DNA of 64,000 bases, from positions 55,264 to 119,263 of the IMG/VR virus record IMGVR_UViG_3300017912_003441; one strand, given 5' to 3'. The position numbers and the translations under genes were made by a program. The DNA is from a virus (taxonomy: Duplodnaviria > Caudoviricetes). Below, piece by piece: positions 46,301-56,453 of this stretch; positions within the stretch are counted from its first letter, which is position 1, and each line of letters opens with the position of its first letter. Under the pieces are notes generated by a model. It was not told where the DNA came from, did not search any database, and saw only the letters and a program-made list of their open reading frames with translations.

Positions 46301-49300
46301 ACTTGCAGTATTAAAAGTACCAGTTGAGTTAACAAGAAGAGACCCATTACCAACAGCAGTGTTATGACTAGCAGATGTTGTATAGTAACCAGAATCCTTA
46401 CCAATAAATGTATTTGCAGAACCTGTAGTATTACTATAACCAGCTCTAGAGCCTAGGAATAGGTTATACTGGCCAGTAGTATTGGTGAATCCTGCGCAGC
46501 TACCAAGCGCTGTATTACAATTACCAGTTGTGTTAGCCGCAAGAGCTTTATAACCACTAGCCGTAATATTACAACCTGTAGTATTTTCAGTTAAAGCTTG
46601 ACTACCAACAACTGTATTCAACGCACCAGTAGTATTCTTCTTCAACGATTGGAAACCAACAGAGGTATTGTTATTTGCTGTTGTATTGTACAAAGCAGAT
46701 TGAGTACCAACTGCAACATTATATGTACCTGTTGTATTATTTAGTAGAGCCTTTACACCTACCGCAACACTTGAACCACCTGTTGTGTTAGTAGCTAGAG
46801 CACAAAGACCAACTGCCGTGTTACTATTAGCTGTTGTATTATTATATAAAGCAAAAAAACCAAAAGCACTATTACAACACCCTGTTGTATTACATCTCAA
46901 AGCCCTATCACCGAACGCAGCAGAGTATTTTGCAGTAGTAGAATATTCCATCACTTTATAACCACTTGCGGTATTACTACAACCAGTAGTGAGACGAGCC
47001 ATAGACCAATAACCAGTTGCTGTATTAACTTTACCGGTTGTAGCACAATGTAAAGAACCATATCCGAGTGCTGTCTGTCTACAACCAGTAGTATTTGCCT
47101 GTAAAGCACAAGTTCCAACTGCTGTATTTCTACCACAGCATGTGTTACTCTTTAATGCAAATGTACCAACTGCTGTATTATCTGTTCCTGATGTATTAGC
47201 ATATAAAGAACATGCTCCAACTGCTGTGTTATTATCAGCTGTAGTATTAGAATATAAAGCTCTAAAACCAACTGCAGCTAATCCAGTACCTGTTGTATTA
47301 CTTTTACCAGCGTCTAGACCAATCCCTACATTACAACTACCAGTTGAGGTACTATATAAAGCATTCGCACCTACGGCTGTATTACACTCTCCTGTAGTAT
47401 TAGTTGATAAGGTATCAAAACCTAATGCAGTATTATAACTAGCAGTAGTATTCGACCTTAAACCAGAATCACCAACTGCTACATTTCGTGTACCAGAAGT
47501 GTTGGAGCAACCTGCATTATAACCTACAGCAACATTAAAGTTACCTGTAGTATTATATAAAGTATAAGCACCAAAAGCTGTGTTACGATTTGATGTTGTC
47601 TGACAGTAAAGAGCAGCATAACCACTAGCTGTATTACATGCGCCTGTAGTATTATGTCTCATAGCAACCATACCAACAGCTACGTTACGAAGAGATGTTG
47701 TATTAGCTGCTAAAGCAAAATGACCTAGCGCTGTATTATGACAACCAGATATATTTGAACATAACGAAGAAACACCCATCGCTACGTTATTACAACCAGT
47801 TGTGTTTGCTCTTGCTGCACATGAACCAACTGCAGTATTTGAATTACCAGTTGTGTTTGTATATAACGAGTTTGTACCTACCGCTGTACTATAATTACCA
47901 GTTGTATTAGAGCATAAGGCCTTATGACCGACACCGGTGTTTTGATTACCTGTTGTGTTTTTACCTACAGCACCGTTACCTAATGCTACATTACATCCTC
48001 CAGTTGTATTTAAATACATCGCACTATAACCAAAAGCCTGATTTTCTGCACCGGATGTATTACAAGCCAAGGCACTATATCCTATACCAGTATTATAACT
48101 ACCTGAGTTATTAACTAAAGCTGACCGACCAACAGCTGTATTTCGAATACCGGTAGTTACAGTACTCAAGGCCGCATAACCATATGCGGTGTTATCATTA
48201 CCTGTTGTAAGAGCATCTAACGTGAGCGAACCAACTGCTGTATTAGTGCTACCACATGTCAAGCTGCACATTGCCCTATAACCATATGCTGTATTATGTA
48301 TAGCTGAAAGAGCAACTACATTAGACATTGAACCATCTCCAACATGAGTATTGCCTGTAGCAACACAAGTAACACCTCCAGAAGCTCCAGAAATTGATGT
48401 CCATGCAATATTACCAGAACCGTCAGTACATAATACATAACCTGCATTACCGCAACTACCACCAATACTCAACTTACCTGGCAAGTTAACTACTTGACTA
48501 GAGTTACCTAACTCAAACCAATTGTTAGTACAAGCAATCGCACCATGACCAATAGCTACTGTATTTGTATATGTTGCAACACATGCACAAGAGTTTGCTC
48601 CTATAAATACATTACATGCTCCTGAAGTAGTATTAATACCAGCAGAATGGCCTAACGCAACATTATACGTACCATTATTCAGACATAAAGCAGAACCACC
48701 TATTGCTGTATTATAACCACCAGTAGTAGTACAACGCAAAGCGTGACGACCGTACGAGGAATTGTGGCTTGCTGTTGTATTATTATAACTAGCTAAGTAT
48801 CCACTTGCAGTATTCATATCACCAGTAGTGTTACTTTGCATCGCTTGAGTTCCGAGCGCTGTATTTTGATTACCAGTTGTATTACCACATAAAGCTGTAC
48901 GACCAAAAGCAGCATTAAGATTGCCTGTTGTGTTAGCTCTCAGGACAGACCACCCAACAGCGGTGTTATAAGAGGCAGTAGTATTACAAGCCAAAGCATA
49001 CGCACCACTAGCAGTATTTTGAGCACCAGTTGTATTAGCATATAAAGAACATGCACCAGTCGCGGTATTACCGGTAGCAGTTGTATTGCATTGCATTGAT
49101 CTAAAACCAACAGCAGTATTCATACAACCTGTAGTATTATAGAACAGAGCCTCACCACCTAGAACAACATTACATTTACCAACAGTCGTTTGATTTGCTG
49201 CATATGTTCCTACTGCAGTATTAAATCCTCCAGTCGTTGCCGACTTAAGAGCTTCAAATCCTATACCTGTACTACGACAACCAGTTGTATTAGCATATAA

Positions 49301-52300
49301 AGCACAACCGCCTACTGCTGTATTAAGAGTACCAGTTGTATTAGTTATTAATGCTGTAAAACCAAATGCAGAGTTATTTGAACCTGTATTTTTATATAGA
49401 GCATATGCACCACTTGCTGTATTATCATTACCAGATACGTTACAACACAATGCAAAAATACCTAATGCAGTATTACGGCAACCAGTCTGGTTACAAATTA
49501 ATGCATGGTAACCTACAGCTGTTTGACCAAAACCAGTAGTATTAGACGACGCTGCATGAAAACCAATACCGGTATTATATGAACCAGTTGTGTTGTTATG
49601 TAAAGCTAGGCCACCAAATGCAGTAGCGTAATCAGCTGTAGTGTTATTTTGTAAAGCAGCGCGCCCAGTTGCAGTATTAAATTGACCGGTTGTATTAGAA
49701 GATAAAGAACATGCACCAATTGCAACGTTATTATTACCTGTTGTATTAGCGTATAAAGAACATACACCAACTGCTGTGTTGAAAGAGGCTGTTGTGTTAG
49801 TAAATAAAGCAGCTAAACCAATAGAAGTATTATTACAACCTGTTGTGTTATATAACAAACTATTGTAACCTACAGCAACATTACAATTACCAGTAGTAGT
49901 TTGTCTCTGTGCTTGATAACCTAAAGCTGTGTTATAATTACCTGATGTGGCTGTACAAAGAGCTTTCACACCTACAATAACATTCGCAACACCAGTAGTA
50001 ACATTTTCACCAGCTGCTTGTCCTACTGCAGTATTACCACTACCTGTAGTTTGATCCATTAATGCTTGAAAACCAACTGCTGTACTACAATTTGCGCATG
50101 TGCTTGATTTTAAAGCATTATAACCAACTGCAACTAAACTAGCGCCTGTTGTATTAGCATATAAAGAACATGCACCATACGCTGTATTACCATCAGCTGT
50201 TGTATTTTCACTTAAAGAGTAATGACCTAAAGCAGTATTGCAGCTACCTGTTGTGTTTTGTAGTAAACTATACAAACCTACAGCAACATTATTACAACCT
50301 GTTGTGTTAGTTCGTAAAGCTTCAAAACCTAGGGAAGAATTATTAGCTCCTGTTGTATTAGCACATAAAGAGTTTGCACCAACTGCAGTATTATATGAAG
50401 CTGTTGTGTTAGAGTTTAAAGCACTCCTACCAAGCGCTGTGTTACAATTACCTGTTGTATTAGTATATAAAGCAGAACTACCAACCACTACGTTACTACA
50501 ACCTATAGTATTGTTGATCATAGCATCTCTACCAATTGCAACGTTATTATTACCTGTTGTATTAGCGTATAAAGAACATACACCAACTGCTGTGTTGAAA
50601 GAGGCTGTTGTGTTTTCTTGTAACGCTAGGGTACCTAAAGCAGTGTTTTTACAGCCAGTCGAGTTACATAATAGAGCATAATAACCAACCGCTACATTAT
50701 CATCTGCTGTAGTATTATAATTTAAAGCCGTACGACCAATAGCCGTGTTTCTGCTACCCGTTGTATTACATTGTAAGGCTCCCTGACCAAGCGCAGTATT
50801 GCGCTCACCAGTCGAATTTGTAGCCAGCGATCGAGTGCCTACAGCTGTATTATCGTGCGCAGTAGTATTGCAAAGTAAGGCGTTCATACCAATCGCTACA
50901 TTACAGCAACCAGTTGAATTCTTACAAAGAGCAAACGATCCATGCGCTGTATTATACTTACCTGTACTTGTACCAGTCGCCGCTTTGTAACCACTAGCAG
51001 TATTATATGAACCAGTACTGTTGTTTATTAACGCAGCGTAACCAAAAGCACTGTTGTGGTTACCAGTTGTATTTCCTTTTAAAGTATATGAACCAGATGC
51101 TGTATTTCTTTTGCCTGTCGTATTACATCTAAGAGAATCATGACCAATTGCAATATTACATGAACCAGTTGTAGTAGCACATAAAGCATTAGTACCAATA
51201 GCAACGTTTCTATTAGCGCAAGTACTTGATAACAACGCTTTAAAACCAAGCGCTGTATTACATGCACCTGTTGTATTAGAAAATAAAGAACATGCACCAA
51301 TTGCTGTGTTACAGGCACCTGTTGTATTAGCATATAAAGCAGTTCTACCTAAAGCAGTGTTATGACTAGCTGTTGTATTACTAAACAGAGCGCAATAACC
51401 TACTGCAGTATTATTACAAGCAGTTGTATTATTTCTTAATGCTACAAAACCAACTGCAACGTTATTATCTCCAGTAGTATTAAAACACATCGATCCATGA
51501 CCAACTGCTACAAGACTACAACCTGTTGTGTTACAGTATAAAGCTCTCCAACTACCAACTGCCGTATTATATCTACCAGTTGTATTTTTAGACAATGACT
51601 GGTGACCGATAGCAGTGTTAATTTCTCCAGTTGTGTTGGATACTAGAGCGCAACTACCAATTGCAGTGTTACATGCCCCTGTTGTATTCTGATATAAAGC
51701 ACACGCACCAATACCTGTATTAAAACAAGCTGTTGTGTTTGAACTTAGAGCGAACTTACCAATACCTGTATTCAAGGCACCTGTAGAATTAGCTTGTACG
51801 GCAGACTTACCTACAGCTGTATTAGAATGTCCAGTTGTTAAACATAAAGCATATGTACCAAGAGCTGTATTATCATTACTACTAGTATTAGCCTTTAATG
51901 ATTGATAACCAACAGCAACATTATCAGCACCAGTTGTATTACCGCACATCGATTGGGCACCTACAGCAACGTTACAATTACCGGTTTGATTATTCCGCAT
52001 TGCTTGATTACCTGTTGCAGTATTATCACTACCGTTGCTACTTTCTAAGGCATACCACCCAGTAGCAGTGTTACAATTACCTGTTGTGTTAAAATAAGCC
52101 GATTTATAACCACTTGCAGTATTACCAGTTCCTGTTGTGTTAAATTGTAAAGAATATACACCACTAGCAGTATTCTGAGCACCCGTTGTATTAGATTGCA
52201 AAGTATATGCTCCTACTGCGACATTCATAGTACCTGTTGTATTAGCACCTAAAGCGAAGTAACCACTAGCGGTGTTTCTACTACCGGTTGTATTATTTTC

Positions 52301-55300
52301 TAATGCTTGTCTACCAATAGCAACTAGTTGCGCTCCAGTTGTGTTGTCATATAAAGCAGCATAACCAACTCCGGTGTTATAATTAGCTGTTGTGTTACAT
52401 TGCAAGGTAGCGTAACCAAGTGCTACGTTACCTATACCGGTTGTGTTATACAACATAGAATGTGTACCGACTGTGGTGTTATAACTACCAGTAGTAGTAC
52501 ATCTAGCAGCTCGATAACCACTTGCAGTATTATTACAAGCTGTTGTTTGCATTTGGAGAGAACCATATCCAGTTGCAGTATTTCTTAAACCAGTTGTGTT
52601 GGATGCTAGAGCTAAACCACCAACTGCGGTGTTACATGCTCCTGTTGTATTAGCAAATAAAGAACAACCACCAACTGCTGTGTTAAAGCTTGCTGTTGTG
52701 TTGTTGTATAAAGATAACCTACCAACTGACGTGTTAAGAGTACCAGTAGTATTGTTTTGTAGCGCTGATGTACCAAACGCAGCATTGTCTGCAGCTGTAG
52801 TATTTTTATATAAAGAATATGTACCGCTAGCAGTATTGTTCGAACCTGTAGTATTGTTGGAAAGAGCAGATCGACCAACGGCGACGTTATTAGCCCCTGT
52901 TGTGTTTGCAAGCATCGCTAAGCTACCGGCTGCAGTATTCTTAGAGCCTATAGTGGTTAACTTTAATGATTGATAACCAACCGCGACGTTATTATCTCCA
53001 CAAGTACTAGTCGTAAGAGCCTGATAACCAACTGCAACGTTATTAGCACCTGTTGTATTAGCAAATAAAGAACAACCACCAACCGCTGTATTAAAACAAG
53101 CTGTTGTATTTGAACAGAGAGCTGAACTACCAAGTGCAACATTTTGACAACCTGTTGTATTATCTTCTAAAGCTAGCACACCAAACGCAGCGTTACAACC
53201 ACCAGTTGTATTCAATCGCAATGCTTTATAACCACTAGCAGTATTATACGCACCGGTGGTGTTAGAACATAAAGTATGAAAACCAACTGCTGTGTTATAA
53301 GAAGCTGTAGTGTTACAATATAAAGCACTACCGCCAACTGCAACATTACAAGCACCTGTTGTGTTACATTTCATTGATGCTTCACCAAACGCAGTATTTA
53401 CATTAGCAGTAGTATTCGCATACAAAGCATACGCTCCGCTAGCTGTGTTTTGACAGCCAGAAGAGTTACAAAACAAAGCTGCAAATCCAACTGCTGAATT
53501 CCATCTACCAGTCGTATTATACCTTAACGCAGCTCGACCTAACGCTACATTTTTGCAACCTGTTGTATTAGCGTATAGAGCATCTTGACCTACACTTGCG
53601 TTGTCACAACCACTAGTATTTGAACGCAAAGCGCTTGTACCTATTGCGACGTTATACAGACCTGTTGTTAGACCGTTTAATGCGCATGTACCGAACTTAG
53701 CATTAGCATTTTCATCACTACAATAACCACCATTAGCGCTAACATAACCACTCAATGTAAGATTACCTGCTAAGTCAATATTGTCATTAAAATCTATTGC
53801 AGTACCACCTGTAACTGAATTAAATGCATCAGCATAGACTGTACCACTTGCACTAATATTACCTGAAACTGTAAGCTTTTCATTTGGATCAGTTGTTCCT
53901 ATACCAACTTTACCGTCGGATACGACTGTCATTATGCTATCAGCGATTACAGCATTAGCTGCATTAGCGCCATTATCTAACGCAAAATGCATTTTTCCAC
54001 GGGCGTAAACATCTTGACTTTCGTATATTATGGCTCCTTTTTGATAAGTACCTCCAGTGTAACCAAACTGAATACCTAAATAGGTACCGGGGGTACCTAT
54101 ATTATTTGCTTGTAGGGAAACCGGGAAATAATCGCCAGATGTCCTATATAACGTTAATTGATTCGATGGATTGTTAGTACCTATACCAACATTACCACCA
54201 TCTTCAATATAGAAAGCAGATGTACCATCATCTTGAAAATCTACTAGAGGTTGGGAACCTGTCTGATTTAACTCTAATGCAGGACCTGTACCAGCATTAC
54301 ATATACACATTGCCTCTGTAGCAGTAACTGTTGTGTTTAATGTTGTACATGTTCCATGTACTATAAGATTACCAGCAATAGTAGCATCTCCTGTTGAGTG
54401 CAAACAACCACCACATACTTTTGTACAACCAACAACGTTACCTGCGGTTTGTATAACACTACCACAACTTACTATATTACCACAATTGCATATAAGATTA
54501 GTAGCACATATATTATTTGCTGTTAGATCCCCAGTTAAAGTAACATCATCATTAAATGTAATCTCACTACCACCAGTAATAGAATTAAATGCATCAGCAT
54601 AGACTGTACCACTTGCACTAATATTACCTGAAACTGTAAGCTTCTCATTTGGATCGGTTGTTCCTATTCCAACATTACCAGCGCTTAATATATTAAGATT
54701 ACTATTGTTTAGTCCATTACACTGACCTAAAGAAGCAACCCCATTAGATGCATTAATATAAGCATTGGTAGTAGAGTCATTAATTAGTATTCTACCACCG
54801 GCATCTGAACTAGAAAACTTACTTATAATATCATCAGAAGTATATACATGTAAACTCTTGCCTGGAATAGTAGTACCTATACCAACATGACCACCATCTT
54901 GAATAAACATTTCAGTGGTACTACCACCGTCTGTAGAAAATATTATACCTTCATTTGTAGCATTAGGATTAGCTAATATTCTTAAACTTTCATTAGTTGG
55001 TCCAATAATATCTCTCGCACCCCCGTCTCCTAGTCTAATGTTTCCATCAACTTCAAGTAGTTCAGTTGGATTAGTAGTACCTATACCAACATTACCATCC
55101 CCGTTAATTGTTAAACGATCGGTAGTACCTAAACCATTATTTCTAGCAATTTTAAACTTATCTCCATCACTATTATCAATACCAATAGTGTAAGATCTAC
55201 CACTTATATTAAAATGTAAAGAAGCATCTCCAGAAGAACTATTTTGCAATAGAGCTGTTGGGGTTGCATCTGTGTCTGAATTAACTACTACTAATTTATT

Positions 55301-56374
55301 AGAAGGATTAGTTGTTCCTATACCAACTTCACTATTAGCAATATCAACATGAATAGTACCATCAGCAACTGCTTGATTAGAAGAGTTACCTACAAATAAT
55401 CTACCTTCATTTAAGTTAGGTGTCGCATTCGAACGACCAGCACCCATAACTTTAACAGAACCTGTCGATCCATGTGTTCTAGTTACTTTAGCTATTTTTT
55501 GTATTTGAGCGGATTCCCCTGTAGGTGCTGAACTTACTAAAGCTCCTGCAGTAGTTCCCACAAATAACTCTGTACCTTCTGGCCAGCCGTCAGTATTAAA
55601 ATTCGTAAGAGTACCAAATGTAGTTACTTCTACAGAAGCGTTCAAAGAAACTGTTTCATGTGCTAAACCAAACGCTGGCATTTTACTGCTATCATCTGCA
55701 TCAGCTTTAGATACAATTGTGGTATTACCGCTTATACCAGAAATATAAACAGCTTCTCCTTTTGTTAAAGCTTCACCCGCTAGAGCTTTAAATATTACCG
55801 GGCCTCGTAGCTCTCCAATAAACTCTGAAGCTTGAACATTACCTACAACATCTAATGCTTCTCCAGGATTAGTAGTTCCTATACCAACACAACCACCAAA
55901 TGGTTGTAAATTTAAATCTTTAGCTGTACTTGAATCTGTTGTACCATCTGTAACCTGTAAATAAGATCCATCAGCACCTTCTGAAATATATAAACTTATG
56001 GCATTACTACTATCAGCTTCAAAGCGAGCAATAGATTGAGTATCAAAGTGAGCAAGCGATGTAGGGTGTGTACCAGGACCAACGGCGTGGAAAATAGATG
56101 TGGCGTCTGTTACACCAATACCTACGTTACCTGCGTTACTTACATTAAAGATATTACCGGTACCTGTAGCGAGTTTGAGTGCGTAATTAGTGTTACCTGT
56201 ACCGCTATTCTCAATTAGGATTCCGTTAACATTCGATAAGTTAGCTCCTGTACCATTAGCAGCTGACTTTACATGTAGTTTCGCTGAAGCTCCATCAGTA
56301 TACGTATTACCGTTAAGTAACGTATTACCCTTGACTTTCAGCCCGTCATTTACAAAGAAATTTTTAGTTGCCAT
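43301..56374 (-). CDS. giant Cys-rich fibre/adhesin, 4357 aa, with YadA-head-like repeats and a C-terminal intramolecular chaperone-like domain
   Basis: GNVGIGTTNP modules; long array of 14-17 aa NTAVGxxAL repeats; C-terminal GDFIVTS...GKVIAQALE. Confidence 0.88.
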   Translation of the reverse strand: MATKNFFVNDGLKVKGNTLLNGNTYTDGASAKLHVKSAANGTGANLSNVNGILIENSGTGNTNYALKLATGTGNIFNVSNAGNVGIGVTDATSIFHAVGPGTHPTSLAHFDTQSIARFEADSSNAISLYISEGADGSYLQVTDGTTDSSTAKDLNLQPFGGCVGIGTTNPGEALDVVGNVQASEFIGELRGPVIFKALAGEALTKGEAVYISGISGNTTIVSKADADDSSKMPAFGLAHETVSLNASVEVTTFGTLTNFNTDGWPEGTELFVGTTAGALVSSAPTGESAQIQKIAKVTRTHGSTGSVKVMGAGRSNATPNLNEGRLFVGNSSNQAVADGTIHVDIANSEVGIGTTNPSNKLVVVNSDTDATPTALLQNSSSGDASLHFNISGRSYTIGIDNSDGDKFKIARNNGLGTTDRLTINGDGNVGIGTTNPTELLEVDGNIRLGDGGARDIIGPTNESLRILANPNATNEGIIFSTDGGSTTEMFIQDGGHVGIGTTIPGKSLHVYTSDDIISKFSSSDAGGRILINDSTTNAYINASNGVASLGQCNGLNNSNLNILSAGNVGIGTTDPNEKLTVSGNISASGTVYADAFNSITGGSEITFNDDVTLTGDLTANNICATNLICNCGNIVSCGSVIQTAGNVVGCTKVCGGCLHSTGDATIAGNLIVHGTCTTLNTTVTATEAMCICNAGTGPALELNQTGSQPLVDFQDDGTSAFYIEDGGNVGIGTNNPSNQLTLYRTSGDYFPVSLQANNIGTPGTYLGIQFGYTGGTYQKGAIIYESQDVYARGKMHFALDNGANAANAVIADSIMTVVSDGKVGIGTTDPNEKLTVSGNISASGTVYADAFNSVTGGTAIDFNDNIDLAGNLTLSGYVSANGGYCSDENANAKFGTCALNGLTTGLYNVAIGTSALRSNTSGCDNASVGQDALYANTTGCKNVALGRAALRYNTTGRWNSAVGFAALFCNSSGCQNTASGAYALYANTTANVNTAFGEASMKCNTTGACNVAVGGSALYCNTTASYNTAVGFHTLCSNTTGAYNTASGYKALRLNTTGGCNAAFGVLALEDNTTGCQNVALGSSALCSNTTACFNTAVGGCSLFANTTGANNVAVGYQALTTSTCGDNNVAVGYQSLKLTTIGSKNTAAGSLAMLANTTGANNVAVGRSALSNNTTGSNNTASGTYSLYKNTTAADNAAFGTSALQNNTTGTLNTSVGRLSLYNNTTASFNTAVGGCSLFANTTGACNTAVGGLALASNTTGLRNTATGYGSLQMQTTACNNTASGYRAARCTTTGSYNTTVGTHSMLYNTTGIGNVALGYATLQCNTTANYNTGVGYAALYDNTTGAQLVAIGRQALENNTTGSRNTASGYFALGANTTGTMNVAVGAYTLQSNTTGAQNTASGVYSLQFNTTGTGNTASGYKSAYFNTTGNCNTATGWYALESSNGSDNTATGNQAMRNNQTGNCNVAVGAQSMCGNTTGADNVAVGYQSLKANTSSNDNTALGTYALCLTTGHSNTAVGKSAVQANSTGALNTGIGKFALSSNTTACFNTGIGACALYQNTTGACNTAIGSCALVSNTTGEINTAIGHQSLSKNTTGRYNTAVGSWRALYCNTTGCSLVAVGHGSMCFNTTGDNNVAVGFVALRNNTTACNNTAVGYCALFSNTTASHNTALGRTALYANTTGACNTAIGACSLFSNTTGACNTALGFKALLSSTCANRNVAIGTNALCATTTGSCNIAIGHDSLRCNTTGKRNTASGSYTLKGNTTGNHNSAFGYAALINNSTGSYNTASGYKAATGTSTGKYNTAHGSFALCKNSTGCCNVAIGMNALLCNTTAHDNTAVGTRSLATNSTGERNTALGQGALQCNTTGSRNTAIGRTALNYNTTADDNVAVGYYALLCNSTGCKNTALGTLALQENTTASFNTAVGVCSLYANTTGNNNVAIGRDAMINNTIGCSNVVVGSSALYTNTTGNCNTALGRSALNSNTTASYNTAVGANSLCANTTGANNSSLGFEALRTNTTGCNNVAVGLYSLLQNTTGSCNTALGHYSLSENTTADGNTAYGACSLYANTTGASLVAVGYNALKSSTCANCSTAVGFQALMDQTTGSGNTAVGQAAGENVTTGVANVIVGVKALCTATSGNYNTALGYQAQRQTTTGNCNVAVGYNSLLYNTTGCNNTSIGLAALFTNTTASFNTAVGVCSLYANTTGNNNVAIGACSLSSNTTGQFNTATGRAALQNNTTADYATAFGGLALHNNTTGSYNTGIGFHAASSNTTGFGQTAVGYHALICNQTGCRNTALGIFALCCNVSGNDNTASGAYALYKNTGSNNSAFGFTALITNTTGTLNTAVGGCALYANTTGCRSTGIGFEALKSATTGGFNTAVGTYAANQTTVGKCNVVLGGEALFYNTTGCMNTAVGFRSMQCNTTATGNTATGACSLYANTTGAQNTASGAYALACNTTASYNTAVGWSVLRANTTGNLNAAFGRTALCGNTTGNQNTALGTQAMQSNTTGDMNTASGYLASYNNTTASHNSSYGRHALRCTTTGGYNTAIGGSALCLNNGTYNVALGHSAGINTTSGACNVFIGANSCACVATYTNTVAIGHGAIACTNNWFELGNSSQVVNLPGKLSIGGSCGNAGYVLCTDGSGNIAWTSISGASGGVTCVATGNTHVGDGSMSNVVALSAIHNTAYGYRAMCSLTCGSTNTAVGSLTLDALTTGNDNTAYGYAALSTVTTGIRNTAVGRSALVNNSGSYNTGIGYSALACNTSGAENQAFGYSAMYLNTTGGCNVALGNGAVGKNTTGNQNTGVGHKALCSNTTGNYSTAVGTNSLYTNTTGNSNTAVGSCAARANTTGCNNVAMGVSSLCSNISGCHNTALGHFALAANTTSLRNVAVGMVAMRHNTTGACNTASGYAALYCQTTSNRNTAFGAYTLYNTTGNFNVAVGYNAGCSNTSGTRNVAVGDSGLRSNTTASYNTALGFDTLSTNTTGECNTAVGANALYSTSTGSCNVGIGLDAGKSNTTGTGLAAVGFRALYSNTTADNNTAVGACSLYANTSGTDNTAVGTFALKSNTCCGRNTAVGTCALQANTTGCRQTALGYGSLHCATTGKVNTATGYWSMARLTTGCSNTASGYKVMEYSTTAKYSAAFGDRALRCNTTGCCNSAFGFFALYNNTTANSNTAVGLCALATNTTGGSSVAVGVKALLNNTTGTYNVAVGTQSALYNTTANNNTSVGFQSLKKNTTGALNTVVGSQALTENTTGCNITASGYKALAANTTGNCNTALGSCAGFTNTTGQYNLFLGSRAGYSNTTGSANTFIGKDSGYYTTSASHNTAVGNGSLLVNSTGTFNTASGSYALYANTTGTCNTAVGYKALTANTTATGSTASGFYSLKCNTGNNNTAFGNRAALSNSSGINNTAVGSHSLCSNTTGTQNTAVGMNAVRNSTTGCNNTGVGYGAGFSSTTSDYNTAVGACSLYVNTSGAKNTAVGTFALISSTCACVNTAVGFRALNKTTTGCANTAVGNCALYCNTTGCRNVAVGAWVMQCGAGTYNVAMGYNTMQCNTGNNNTALGYNAMLKNTSGNNNTAVGRDALYCNTTACNNTAVGYRALCTNSTGACNTAVGNCASQLNTTGACNSSFGYQSSRNTTTGTRNSTFGTRSLYKNTTGDDNIAVGHDALHCNTTANNNVAVGACSLYANITGASNTAVGHGALYYNTCASFNVAVGQCALRNNSGGGAKENVAVGKNALLTNSDGCRNVAVGPDALAFNTSGVRNQAFGGWSLRRNTTGNNNTASGYYSLNCNTTGGQNVGIGHYAHRANSTGSNSTAIGTYALCKATIGCMVAVGYAAMICNTTGCHNTTVGYQSMYYNNVGNFNTALGHRALCGNSTTSCGGANTAIGYQTMIANVSGGDNVAVGANALLANTCGNHNVAVGRNSLCANTTGGFNTIVGRAAAQSNTTGCGIVAIGYGALTNNTTANNNIAVGCYAAVNTTTGSGNTAIGAAAMCANTTGCCITAAGWNSLIANTTGCGNTAYGYASGCSITTGNRNVALGSSAMVNTSSGSCNIAIGYVSMRCGTTHCNNVAIGTAAMHKLTTGANNVAIGHHALCTNTTANNNTAVGYQALMDNSTGTFNAALGYRAAFNVSTGCQNTASGYNALYCATTGCKNVAVGTNAGCVITTGHCNIAIGASSGPTCGSFCNTIAIGEVVTASASNYTYIGNSATVCSVVPNISTNCLTTGAFMESNLSSFEIKGNPTGTVLIWKDGKAIPCEEEYDVTVLGVAADDNESPIILGAEPVLVTGPINEGDFIVTSDKRGHGKKGFSNNLFGKVIAQALESGEGDSYTIKAMIRKM
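43740..53710 (-). repeat. coding tandem repeat array (NTTGxxNTAVGxxAL), two blocks split by a linker at about 48350-48510
   Basis: Visible in both protein and DNA. Confidence 0.9.
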
Positions 56375-56408
56375 AAGCTTCCACTATCCACTTACCTAAT
56401 TATTTAAT

Positions 56409-56432
56409 AAAAAAAGGGCCCGAAGGCCCTTT
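56409..56432 (-). terminator. cUUCGg terminator
   Basis: AAAGGGCCTTCGGGCCCTTTTTTT. Confidence 0.88.
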
Positions 56433-56453
56433 GATTTCTTATATAAATTTAAA

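Noticed and set aside
43740-53710. CRISPR array or DGR template/variable repeats
   Set aside because: The repeats are in-frame degenerate coding units; there is no constant repeat with unique spacers, no adenine-specific mismatch pattern noticed, and no reverse transcriptase in the window
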